Assembly (NCBI RefSeq): GCF_006345805.1
Contig: NC_043003.1
Span: 101,122,001-101,186,000 of the forward strand
Direction: 5' to 3'
Source of the DNA: Octopus sinensis
Lineage: Eukaryota
DNA length: 64,000 nt
Part shown: in pieces, positions 23,826-35,989 of the stretch
Position numbering within the stretch: the first letter of the stretch is position 1
Layout of the letters: each line of letters begins with the position of its first letter
Translations under genes and position numbers: made by a program
Notes under the pieces: generated by a model
The model's database searches: none
Told to the model about the DNA's origin: nothing
The model's input: the letters and a program-made list of their open reading frames with translations, nothing else

Positions 23826-26590
23826 CGGGGCATTCTGCCTTTTCGAGTCAGGTCGTCGAGGGGTTAAGACGGGTCATCATGTTGTTAAGGTTGGGTGAAG
23901 CAGCTGCTATCTCTAGTGTTCGGGTCGGGCTGTGTTGAAGGATCCGTTACCGCTGAAGGGTCTCCATCTGAGCGAAGAGAAGGTAGGTGCCTTTATTTCG
24001 AATCTCTCGCACACACCACAAGCTATTTCGGCGCTCCGTATAAGACGTCACCACGATGGTAGCGAAAATCAGGATCGCCAGCGACATCATCAGACCTTTT
24101 AATGGTGAAGGCGATGTAGTGGCTTGGATTCGTAAAATCAGGCTGGTGGCAAGACTGCAAGGTATAAGCGATGTGGCAAGTATTATGGCGCTGTATTTGG
24201 AAGGAAGCGTGTTGACACTATATCTTTATCTTGGGATGGACGAGGAAGAACGTCTGAGCGAGGAAAAGATAGAGCAACGTCTGCGGGATGCCTACGCGGA
24301 GTATGAATACACAGCTTTCGCTAAGCTAGGTACGATCAGATGGACGGGAGGACAGGTGGACGAAGGTTAGCGACTCTGGCTGGGTTTATAGGAGAAGGGC
24401 TGGAGAGAGCAACGCGACTAGCGTTTGTAAATGGGTTCACCGACGATGTAGGGATTCACCTACAACGATTGCCCGGGATTAAAAAGATGACGCGACACTC
24501 TGGGCAGAAGGCGATAGCGATGGCGGTGACGGAGGTGCGTAAAGACGGACGACGACCGGAGAAAGACGTACAGAAGCCTACCATGCAACGACAGCGGCCG
24601 TTCTCAGGTCGGTGTTTTAGATGTCAGGGGTTGCACATGGCGCGGGACTGTACGCAACCGGGGCCCGTTTGCTATCGATGCAGACAGACCGGGCACATCG
24701 CCCGTGATTGCGACCAGGGAAACGACCGCGGGGAGGTTGCTGCCTCTCGAATTTTCCCCGCAAACGAGTAGAGGCGCTATTGGAGACGCTGCCATTAATT
24801 GACGTGGAAGCCGAGGGGAAGACGTTCAGGGCCCTCGTGGATACGGGATGCACGACTACCCATGTGACTTCAAGGGTGACAAAGAAATGGAACGAGGCAA
24901 ATAACGTCCGGGCGGTCGACGGCAGCGAAATCCGTTGCAGAGGCTGCAGCAAGGTAGAAATAGTGGTGCGCAGCACGACGCTAAGGCTGCAGGTAATTGT
25001 GACTGAATGCGTGATAGATGGGGTTGATGTGGTGATGGGGATGGACGCCATCAACCGCCTCGGTGGCGTCAGTATTGTGGGAGATGAGGTCACGTTCGGA
25101 AGCGTGGGGGCGTCGTGCACTGCGAGTCAGGATCGCCAGAGAGAGCAGAGCCCCGCGAGGGACTGCGCCGCTTACACCATCGAGGACAAAGATTTTCAGG
25201 CGGCGTTCGATGGTCAGCGGTGGACGATAGAGTGAAGATGGAAGGATGAGCCCCCGATGCTGAAAAACAGAGTGAGCTGTTACCAGCATACCCTGAAAGG
25301 CCACGCCAGGGTTGAGTTTGAAGATGAGGTGGAGAGGTGGATCGAGGAAGGGGTCCTTGTCCCTTGGGAGGAGGAGGTAGCGGGCGGAGTGCTACCCCTG
25401 ATGGCGGTGGTGCAGCCTACGAAGGGAAAAGTCAGACCGGTGCTGGACTTCAGGGAGCTAAACCAGCATATATCGTGTCACACGGGAGGTGAGGCGACAG
25501 ACGTTTGTTGCGAGACGTTACGTGCGTGGAGACAGTCGACCAAGGCAGCGACGATTGAAATCGGCATACATGCAGCTCCATGTGAGCGACAAACTGTGGC
25601 GATATCAGCTGGTGCGGTACAAAGGCCGGACGTACTGTTTAACCAGGCTGGGTTTCGGGCTGAATTCCGCTCCGAAGATCATGGTGGCAGTGCTTAAGTC
25701 CGTCCCAGGGAAAGACGGCAAGATTAGAAAGGCCACCAGCTCCTAAATCGACGACATTTTGGTGGACGAAATTGTAGTGCCAGCCAACGAGGTAGTTAGA
25801 CATCTGAAGAAGTTCGGACTGATTGTGAAGCCACCGGAGTCGATGGAAGGGGGAGCCGCGCTGGGGCTGAAGCTGCGAAGAGATAGATCGGGTGAATTGG
25901 TGTTCCGGAGAGGGAATGAAATCCCAGAGCTGAGTTCCAGTGTCAGCAGGAGAAAGCTGTTCTCAGTGTGTAGGAAATTGGTCGGTCACTACCCGATCGC
26001 TGGATGGCTGCGCTGGGCGTGCAGTTACACCAAGAGACGAGCGGAGGAGGAGAGTTGGGGCGACAAGGTGGAAGAAGGTGGCGATGATGCAGGAAATCCT
26101 AGAGAGGACGAGAGCGGAAGACCCGGTCAGGGGGAACTGGTACGTGCCCAAGACGGAATGCGAGACCGTCTGGTGTGATGCTAGCAGTATAGCGATAGGG
26201 GTTGTGTTGGCAATCGAAGGCGCTGCGGTGGAGGACGCGGCCTGGCTTCGGAAAGCAGATGACTTCAACCACATCAATGTCGCCGAATTAGACGCGGTGC
26301 TGAAAGGGGTGAACTTGGCCCTGAAATGCGGGCTGCGCACAATTGAAATCCGGACGGATTCGGTCACTGTGCTTGGCTGGGTAGGATCGGTGATAACCGG
26401 TGAAAGGAGAGTGCGGACGAAAGGTGCCGCGGAGATGTTAGTGAAGCGCTGTCTAGGAGTTCTAGGTGAATTGATCGCCGAGTTCGGACTGAAGCTGAAC
26501 GTGGTTTTCGTGCCTTCGGAGAAAAATAGGGCGGGCGCACTGACCAGGGTGAAAAGAGCGTGGTTGGAAGAACCGGAGGAGGCCCGGAGA
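23826..26590 (+). mobile_element. Ty3/Gypsy-type LTR retrotransposon, 5' half (LTR remnant, gag, protease, RT, RNase H)
   Basis: The LTR ends CACCACA at 24020 and the gag ATG is at 24056. Two CCHC knuckles (CFRCQGLHMARDC, CYRCRQTGHIARDC), protease ALVDTGCT, RT VRPVLDFRELN and LGFGLNSAP, RNase H WCDAS and INVAELDAV. Frameshifted. Confidence 0.92.
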
Positions 26591-28245
26591 GGGATGCCCG
26601 CACTCCTCGCTCTTGTATGTGATGGCTCTTGAGTCATTACTGCGAAAATTGAGCGGCATTCTGAGACAGCCAGGTTATAGTCCGTAAGCTGAAAGTCGGT
26701 TTCAGCTTACGTGGATGACATCACCATCATCGTAACTGAAATGGATCACCTACAGAGGGTAGGCAAGGCCATTAAGATTTACGAGACGGTGGCAGGAGCA
26801 AAAGTTAATCGGGAAAAATCAGTCGGCTTGCTGCTCGACACCTGGAGAGGCAAGCTGATGCCTCCTGACAGCGTCGTGGGATGTTGGCTGATTAAGTTGC
26901 TAGGAGTTTGGTTCGGACCAAACCTCCAAATAGAGAAGAACTGGGCCGAGGTATCGAGCAGGGTGACCCACATAGTCAAGACCTGGTCTTGGCGGTGGCT
27001 TTCCATGAAAGGGAGGGTGGAGGTAGCCAATGTTTTCATCGCATTGGTCATCGCCTACCACCTAACCATCATTTCTTGCCCTGATTCATGGTTAATCAAG
27101 CTGGAAAGTCAGCTCTTCCACTTCTTGTGAAAGGGTTCGAAACCGCTTGTGAGACGCTTCATTTACTGCCAACAACCATTAAAGAATGGGCTAGGGATGC
27201 CTTGGCTGTTGATACGCTGAAGTTGAGGCATCTGTGGCTCTACTTGATTGGTGAATGGGTGTGGTCTTCGTTAGCGAAACAGATGTTTCCCAAGTTCACT
27301 AGTTCCGGTGGACGGGAAACCTGGTTCTATCGAAGATCGAAGTTGGGTACATGGTAGTGTCACAAGGCTCTCCTGCTATTCCATCGCTCGGACAATGCCT
27401 GCGGTGGAGGTTCCACCGCATTCTTTTACAGAGGGCTTGTAGAGGCGGAATGTGACGATACCTTAGGGGAAGCCCTAGGTCTCGACGATAATCAGCTGGC
27501 CAGTCTGTTCCAACATACATTCGGGCCGAAGACCCTGGACAACTTTCAGAAGTCATGGCAGTGTTACCGAAGAGCCTTACCTGTTCGGGAGAAGCTCACA
27601 AGGCATGGTGGCCACGGCTCTTCGACCTGTCTAAGATGTGAGCGGGATAGGGAAACCGTCCCGCACGCTATTGTTCAGTCTTCGGAAGTGTCAGACGTGT
27701 GGGTTTATGCTGAACAACTGTTGTCAAGTGCAAGAAGAGTACAGCTATCGACTGAGTCTATAGTAAAAATTGACCTGCCTGATTTCCTTTCGAAAGAAGG
27801 TAAGAATTGTTTTCTCATTGTAGTAGCAATTGTGAGAGAGGTGATTTGAAAGACGAGACTGAAAGGGTTAAAGTCAGGCACTTTCATCTCTAGCCCTGAA
27901 TTGGTGAATTACTTCACTTTCCACCTTAAAAGGAAAATAGGGCAAGAGAGAAAATGCCCGACAGTGAAAATGTTCGAAAATCGATGGAAGAATGTAGCAC
28001 GGATGTTACGTGTGGATGGGACCTCATGAATGCAACACAGGACGCATCTCAGGTGTCAGTGGCAATGCGGGGCTCGTGGGGTCCGAAGTAAACCTGCCCT
28101 CTCCATCGTTAATGTCTTCCGGTCTGTCCTATCATTCGATTTCCTTATATTTTCAGATTTTATGAATTTTTAATCTCGTTTATGACCATTTATGTTTATT
28201 CATCTAACCCCAAATCAAATTATGTTGTCCCCTTGTGGGAAATTA
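26591..28245 (+). mobile_element. 5'-truncated Tx1/L1-clade LINE (copy D)
   Basis: YVDDITII, VNREKSVGL and a CCHC-type C-terminal finger, colinear with 58430-60128. Ends GTCCCCTTGTGGGAAATTAA. Confidence 0.9.
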
Positions 28246-28249
28246 AAAA

Positions 28250-28797
28250 ATCAACTTATTCTTAGAGCAAGTTTTGAAGAGTGCAGTTTGATTTTAACAG
28301 TTATTTTTTCTAAGCTATAATGGAAGTAACAAAGGAGCATATTTGGTATATTTTGTTTTATGGGGTCAATAAAGGCAACAACGCAATGGAAAGTGTGAGG
28401 AATATTAATGCAGTATATGGGAATCGGACAATAAGCGTAAGCTAGTGTCAATGGTGGTTCCAGCAATTCCAAGCTGCAAACTACAGCCTCATCCGGGAAT
28501 ATATGTAGAGCTCGACGAGGATGTCCTGCAAACCCTGGTGGAACAAAATCTCATCGAATCTGTTGAGAAACTAGCAGAGAATCTTGGATTTGGTCTTTCA
28601 ACCATTCATTGACACCTGTATGCCAACGGAAAAGTCAGCAAATTGGGTCAGTGGATTCCTCACAAACTTTCCATGTCAAATCGCAAGCAGAGAGTAAATG
28701 TGTGCTCTTCTTTGCTGTCATATTTCACCAATGAAACTTTTTTAGACAGAATAGCGACTGGTGACGAGAAATGGGTTCTCTATAAAAATGTGAAGCG
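28250..28797 (+). mobile_element. Mos1-like mariner, 5' part
   Basis: ATG at 28320 (MEVTKEHI..NKGNNA), then WIPHKLS and FLDRIATGDEKWVLYKN. Truncated by (TA)n. Confidence 0.85.
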
Positions 28798-28811
28798 CAT
28801 ATATATATATT

Positions 28812-28843
<32 letters not shown>

Positions 28844-28905
28844 TATTATATATATATAATAATATTTATAATATATTTATTATATATATATATATTATAT
28901 ATATA

Positions 28906-28953
<48 letters not shown>

Positions 28954-28968
28954 TATATATATATATAG

Positions 28969-29020
<52 letters not shown>

Positions 29021-29400
29021 ATAATATATATATTATATATATCTATATATATATATTTATATATATAATATTTATATATATATATATATATATATTATAT
29101 AGATAATTTATATATATATATATATATAATATATATATATATTTATATATATATTATATATATATATATTATATATATATATTTATATATATATTATATA
29201 TATATATTATATATATATTTATACATATATATATATATATCTATATTATATATATATATTTATATATATATATATATAGAATATATATATATTTATATAT
29301 ATATTATATATATAATATTTATATATATATTATATATAATATATTTATATTATATAATATATATATAATATATATATAATATATATCTATATATATATTA

Positions 29401-29432
<32 letters not shown>

Positions 29433-29484
29433 CATATTTTATATATTATATTGATATTATATATGATATATATATTTATATATA

Positions 29485-29535
<51 letters not shown>

Positions 29536-29590
29536 ATATATATACATATTTATATATATATATTGATATATATATTTATATATATATATC
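28798..29590. repeat. Imperfect (TA)n microsatellite
   Basis: Read directly from the sequence. Confidence 0.97.
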
Positions 29591-29832
29591 CACTTAGTAT
29601 TTTTCTTTTGTCTCATCCATTGCTTTAGGTCGTGCTGAATTTTATTTTTATTTGAGAACATAATCCTTGTGGAGAATGGCGATTTGACGTCTATATCTAG
29701 CATGTTGACTGTCCACCTTTTCGTGTTCAGTCCTTAATTGGTATATAAAATATTTTAATCTTCGGATTCTTTTTAATGTGCTAGACCACTGGTTTAATTG
29801 ACTAATATCAATTTCTACCCTTAATTTTTTTT

Positions 29833-29905
<73 letters not shown>

Positions 29906-30057
29906 CATATATATACATATATATATTTATATATATATACATATATATATTTACATATATATAATAATTTTAATCCAAACGGGAAACAAAAAAACTACAA
30001 CAATGGAACAATTACAGTATTATTATTAATAGGCGCTCAGGAAAAGGAAGCAGGGAG

Positions 30058-30092
30058 GTATGACGTTTCGAGCGGAGCTCTTCGTCGGAAAC
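30058..30092 (-). ncRNA. Degenerate minimal type I hammerhead ribozyme-like motif
   Basis: Minus strand GUUU-CCGACGA-A-GAGC(UCC)GCUC-GAAA-CG-UC-AUAC. The core deviates from CUGANGA (U4 to C), stem II is 4 bp, stem III is the palindrome ACGU, and stem I pairs 3 of 4. Confidence 0.55.
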
Positions 30093-30329
30093 ATAAAGAA
30101 GGAAGAGAGAGGAAAGAAAGATCCCCAGAGCGGGCAACAGGGAAAGAGAAAAAAGCCGACCTGGTGTTTACGAGTTGCACATGGTGAAAGGCGGATTTAC
30201 GAAAACAGAGCAAAGTGGGTTTTTAAAGGCAAAAGAGTGGAGACAAGGTTGGTAACGCAACAGATGTGTGTGTTGCGTGAGTGTGTGCGTGTGCGTGTGT
30301 GTATGTGTGTGTGTGAGGCGAGATGAAAA

Positions 30330-32690
30330 AAAAAAAAAAAATATATATGTGTGTGTTAGTGTGTGCGTCTGTGTGTAGGCGTGTGAGGTAGGGCGAGATA
30401 GTGGTCAGCTTAGCAGACAAAGGTCAGTAGTAAGAAAAAGAAGGAAGGAGGAGGGAGGGAGGGGAAGGGGTGGGGCGTATGTAGCGTGCCAGCGTTTGTT
30501 GAGTAGTAGTGTGTGGTGTGTGCCTGTCGTGGTGGTATAAATGGCGAGTAGATTGATGTGGATGTGTGTAAGAGTAATGTATATATTTAAGAAATGTGTG
30601 TATATGTGTGCGCGTGTGTGTAACGAAAAAAGGGGGGGTTAAGGAAAAAGGACTCCAGTTGAGGGGAAGATGGAAGAGTGGTCCCGCGGAGGCGGGCGTG
30701 GGAAAACCCAACGGGCGGGAGGTCTTGTCGGTTCCAAGAGCGATGTGCCTGCGGAGCGTATGCGTACGCGAACCGGCGCAAGCGCGTGCGTGCGCGAGCC
30801 TGCGAGTATGTGCGTAAGTATGTATGTGTGTGGATGTGTGAGTGTGTCTGTGTGTATGTCCGGGTGGCAGTGTGTCCGATGAATGTATGTGAGTATGTGT
30901 GTATGTATGTGTGTGCATAGATGTATGTCTGTGTGTGTGTGTGTGTATGTGTGTGAGTGTGTATGTATGTACGTGTGGGTGTGGGGAAGTGTGTGTATGT
31001 GCATGTGTGTGCGCGTACATACAGGTGTGTGAGTGAGTGTGTGTGTGTGTATGTATGTGTGAGTGTGTATGTATGTGTGTGTAGGATGCATGTATGTGTA
31101 TGGGTGTATGTATGCGTGTGTGTATGTATGTATGTGTACGTGCGTGTGTGTGTGTGTATGCGTGTAGGTGTGCGCGTGTGCATGCATGCATGCATGCATG
31201 TGCGTATGTGTGTGTGTGTGTGCATGTGTGTGGGTATATATGTATGTGCGTATATGTGTGTGTGTGTGTGCGTACAAGTGTGTGTGTGTGTATGCATGTG
31301 TGTGTATGTAGGTGTGTGGGGGCGTGTGTGGATAGGTGTATGTATGTAAGTATGTATGGGGGGTGTGTCCGTGTATGTGTGTGTATGTAGGTGTGTGGGC
31401 GTGTGTATATGTGTGTGTATGTAGGTGTGTGGGCGTGTGTATATAGGTGTATGTGTGTATGTCTGGGTGTGTCCGTGCATGTTGTGTGTGTGTGTGTATG
31501 CATGTGTATGTAGGTGTGTGGTGTACGTGTGTAATGTATGTGTGTATGCGTGTGTATGCGTGCGTGTGTGTATGTAGGTGCGTGTGTATGTGTGTGGGAG
31601 TGTAGTGTGTGTGCGTGTGCGTGTGCGTGTGCGTGTTTAGTTGGTGTGTGCGTGCGTATGGGTGTGTGTGTGTGTGCATGGGTATAAGTATATGTGTGTG
31701 TGCGTATGTGTGTATAAGTGTATGTGTGTGTGTTTATGTATGTGTGTATGTATGTGTGTGTCTGAGTGAGGGTATGGCTGTGTAGGTGTGTGTGTGTGTA
31801 TGAATGTAAGTGTGTGTGTATACAAGTGTAATGTATGTATGTAGGTGTGGTGGTGTGTGTATGTGTACGTGTGCGTGTGTGATGTGTGTGTGTGTGTATG
31901 CGTGTGAGTGTGAGTGTATGGGTGTATGTCTGTGTGTGTGTATGTCTGAAGTAGGTATGTATGTGTATGTATGTATGTGGTGTGTGTGTGTGCAGGTATG
32001 TGTGTGTATGTGTGTGTGTGAGTAGGTGTGCGTGTATGTATGTGGGTAGGGATGCATGCGAGTGTGTGGGTATGTATGCATACATACGCACGCGCACATC
32101 CGAAGCAAGCCCACACACACGAAGCGGCCCACGCACACAACGCACAAGCAGTACAACGCAAGCCCAAGGGGCCGACCAAGCCCCCAGCGCGCGCCAAGGC
32201 GCGCGAGCGCAAAGGCCCTCGAACGCCCCGTACGGGGAACGAGGGTCCATCAGCCACAACCGGAAAGCAGAAAAGAGGGGGGGCTGCCTGGATGCAAAAA
32301 GGTGTATGTGTGTGTGCATTCAGTGTAAGGGTGCATGTGTAGGTATGTATGTATGTATGTGCCTACATGTATGTTTGCATGTGTGTGTGTGAAGTATGTA
32401 CGTGCGTGTGTGTGTGTGTGGGTGAGTGTGTGTGTATGTATGTGCGTATGTATGTAGTGTGTGTGTGTGGTGTGTGGTAAGTATGTATGTGTGTGCGTAT
32501 GTATGTATGTGTGTGTGTATGTGCATGTTGGTTTGTGTATGTTAGTGTGTGTTAGTATGTTGTAATGTGGTGATTAAACGTGTGAATGTATGTACGTAGA
32601 TGGGTCTACGTATGTGTGTGTGTGAACAGGCGTGTGGGAGGTAGGTGGGTGGGTGTGTGTGAGTGGTGTGTCCACAAAAAAAAAAAAAAA
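30330..32690. repeat. Complex (TG/TATG)n microsatellite with two CpG-rich islands (30620-30810, 32090-32300)
   Basis: Read directly from the sequence. The HT/VC-rich ORFs here are repeat artefacts. Confidence 0.95.
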
Positions 32691-32992
32691 AAAAACGAAT
32701 CTCAAGAGGAGGGGGCTGTGTTAAGTCCGTGTGGGGTGGTAGGTGGTAGGTGTAGGGTGAAGATGTAGCGTTGCTCCAAGTGGAGCCTGGAGAAGTGGGC
32801 GACCATGGGGGGGGCGAGACCAAACACTGAGATGTCATCTAGGGAATGGCGGCCGAGCGGAAGTGGCGTGCGACGGGAGAAAGAGAGTGTAGGCGAACGT
32901 CCCTCAAGTGTTCAGTGAAACGGTCGGACAACCGGCGTCCCGTCTGTCCTACATACAGCATCCCGCATAGGTTGCATTTAATGCAGTAAATA

Positions 32993-32997
32993 TATAT

Positions 32998-33033
<36 letters not shown>

Positions 33034-33034
33034 T

Positions 33035-33072
<38 letters not shown>

Positions 33073-33092
33073 CATATATATAATATATATAG

Positions 33093-33131
<39 letters not shown>

Positions 33132-33287
33132 TATATATATATTTACTATATTATATATATATATAAATATATATATATATAATATTTATATTATATATAG
33201 TATATGATATATATATATATTAAAGATATATATATATATGTATTATAATATATATATTATACTATTTATATATATATAGATATATAT

Positions 33288-33374
<87 letters not shown>

Positions 33375-33412
33375 CATATATATATATATATATAAATATA
33401 TATATATATTAT
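32993..33412. repeat. (TA)n microsatellite
   Basis: Read directly from the sequence. Confidence 0.97.
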
Positions 33413-33601
33413 ATAATTGCTTTGCTGCGCCTCTGTTTTGTTTTGTTCTGACAACGTAATTCCTGGTTTTTCCTGAAGAGAAAGCTGCAATTATTTAATC
33501 AGAATGGAAAATTGTGGCCTTTGAAACATGTGTAGAATGTAATAAAAGGAATTCTGTACAATCTTCGTTCAACTCCATTTCTTCACTTCACTAATTATAT
33601 T

Positions 33602-33632
<31 letters not shown>

Positions 33633-33649
33633 TTATGGGATGACCCAAT

Positions 33650-33736
33650 ATTTTATTACTAATACTACTACTACTACTACTTCTACTACTATAACAACTA
33701 CAACTAAAAGTACCACTGCTGCTGCTGCTGCTGCAC

Positions 33737-33772
<36 letters not shown>

Positions 33773-35220
33773 ATGCTACTGCCAGTACTTCGTCTACTAA
33801 AAATACTACTACTACAAATACTGCTATTTCTACTACGCTGCTGCTGCTACTACTACTACTACAGCTACAACAACTACTACTGCTAACTACGACTACTAAT
33901 ACTTGTACTAGTACCACAACTACTATTGTAAGTTCTACTGCTAATACTACTGCTAATACTACTACAACTATTACTACTAATACTTCTACTACTACTACAA
34001 CTACTACTACAAGTATTTCAACTTCAACTACAACTACTAGTACCAATCTTAATACTATGACTACTAATTCTACTACTACTAACACTCCTAGTAGTAGTAC
34101 GACTGCTACTTCTTCTACAACTACCACTACTAATACTACAACTACTTCTGCTAGTAATACCAGGACTACTACAAATAATACTATTATTACTACTGCTACT
34201 ACTACTCTGCTGTAATTACTACTAATCCTACAACTAGAAAATCTACTACTACTACTAATAATAATAATAATACAACCACGACTAATACTGACACTACTAC
34301 TACTACTACTATTACAACTACAAGAACAACTAATCCTTCTACTAGTATTTGTACGAAGAATTTTGCCACTGCTACTGCTACTACTACTACTAATATATGA
34401 CTACTAATTCTACTACTACTAACACTCCTAGTAGTAGTACGACTGCTACTTCTTCTACAACTACCACTACTAATACTACAACTACTTCTGCTAGTAATAT
34501 TAGGACTACTACAAATAATACTATTATTACTACTGCTACTACTACTCTGCTGTAATTACTACTAATCCTACAACTAGAAAATCTACTACTACTACTACAC
34601 TACTACTACTACTAATAATAATAATAATAATAATAATAGTAATAGTAATAATAGTAATACTACAACCACAACTAATACTGACACTTCTGGTACTACTAAC
34701 ATCACTAAAATTAGTACTACTCGTAGTACTATTACTACTACTGTTACTACTTGTATTCTCAGTACCACGAATACTTCATCTACTACTACTAATAATAATA
34801 ATAATACAACCACGACTAATACTGACACTACTACTACTACTATTACAACTACAAGAACAACTACCACTATTAGTACTACTGCTACTACTACTACTAGTAG
34901 TTGTAATAGATTTACCAAAACTTCAAAATACAAAATGTCACTAAAACTACAAACTAAAACTACAAAATACAAAATGTCAAATTTTGTGGACTGTCGATAG
35001 ATTACAGTTCATGAAAAGTTATAAAAACTATTCTATATCCATCCCTGCATCCAGACATCTTCCGCGTTCTTCTTCTTCTTCTTCTTCTTCTTCTTTTACC
35101 TCCTCCTCCTTCTTCTTCTTCTCCTTCTTCTTCTTTTACCTCCTCCTCCTCCTTCTTCTACCTTCTTCTTCTTCTTCTTCTTCTACAAGAACAACTACCA
35201 CTATTAGTACTACTACAACT
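33650..35220. repeat. Complex (ACT)n/(AAT)n/(TTC)n low-complexity tract with internal duplications
   Basis: A ~200-bp block is repeated at 34056 and 34396, and smaller blocks also recur. Confidence 0.92.
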
Positions 35221-35454
35221 TCGGGGCTAATGCAGTTTCACACTTCTCCTTGAAAAATGCATTTTTTTGAAAAAAGGTTTTCGGATTCCTACGTTTTAGA
35301 TGTCGGAGTTTGCGAATATACAAAATAAGGGGCTCAAATTTCACTCCCTCCCTCAATTTTTATTTCTGAACTTTTTCATCTATTTATTTATTTATTTATC
35401 TCTGTCCGTTTATTCATGAAATATATTTGTCAACTAAATGCGGCCCACAACGGG

Positions 35455-35720
35455 GCTAATGCATGGTTTCAGCAGGATGGGGCGACGACCCACGCAGCCA
35501 GAGCATGAATGGACGTTCGTCGCCCTCTCTTCAGTGACCGCCTCATTTCCAGGTTTGCTGACATTCCTTGACCCCATCAGTTCCCTGATTTGTCCCTGTG
35601 TGGTTATTTCTTGTGGAGAAACCTCAAGGAACGTGTGCATGCACATAAGCCCCGTACATTGGACGACTTGAAGGAAGCTATTCGCGTGGAAGTCACCCAA
35701 ATTGACAACGTTTTATATGA
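35455..35720 (+). mobile_element. Tc1/mariner (DD37D/maT-like) transposase C-terminal fragment
   Basis: WFQQDGATTH ... FPDLSLCGYFLWRNLKERVHAHKPRTLDDLKEAIR. Confidence 0.75.
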
Positions 35721-35819
35721 TGATCAAATATGTAAATACTTAACTGCTGTATCTAGATACTCAAATGCTCATACTGCCTCTAAACAACACATATGCCATG
35801 ACATTTTAAATCTATCAAT

Positions 35820-35985
35820 ACGTGTTCAAATTCCGCCGAGGTCGACTTTGCCTTTCATCCTTTCGGGGTCGATAAATTAAGTACCAGTTACGCACTGGGG
35901 TCGATGTAATCGACTTAATACCTATGTCTGTCCTTGTTTGTTCGCTCTGTGTTTAGCCCCTTGTGGGTAATAAAGAAATAGGTAC
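35820..35985 (+). mobile_element. 5'-truncated SINE whose 3' tail resembles the Tx1-like LINE tail
   Basis: GTTCAAATTCC B-box remnant and GGGGTCGAT repeats, ending GCCCCTTGTGGGTAATAAAGAAAT. Confidence 0.8.
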
Positions 35986-35989
35986 ATGA

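Larger units (their letters stand above)
29965..32992 (-). mobile_element. 5'-truncated Penelope-like element (GIY-YIG end plus long 3' region) between (TA)n tracts
   Basis: The minus strand from ~32990 reads IYCIKCNLCGMLYVGQTGRRLSDRFTEHLRD..PVARHF and, after a frameshift, LEQRYIF..PHGLN. A hammerhead-like core lies near the distal end. Continuity of the element across the microsatellites is inferred. Confidence 0.75.

Noticed and set aside
28643-29068. 141-aa ORF as a mariner fusion protein
   Set aside because: The mariner fragment simply reads through into (TA)n.
30424-32526. 631-aa His/Thr-rich ORF and many overlapping Val/Cys-rich ORFs
   Set aside because: Translation of (CA/TG)n repeats, which lack stops in most frames.
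33632-33649. TTATGGGATGACCCAATA as the right TIR of the 28.3-kb mariner
   Set aside because: It looks like a mariner end, but the matching left TIR is not in the window, so the link cannot be shown.
33633-34972. Thr-rich mucin-like and poly-Val ORFs
   Set aside because: Trinucleotide microsatellite with no signal peptide or convincing splice context.
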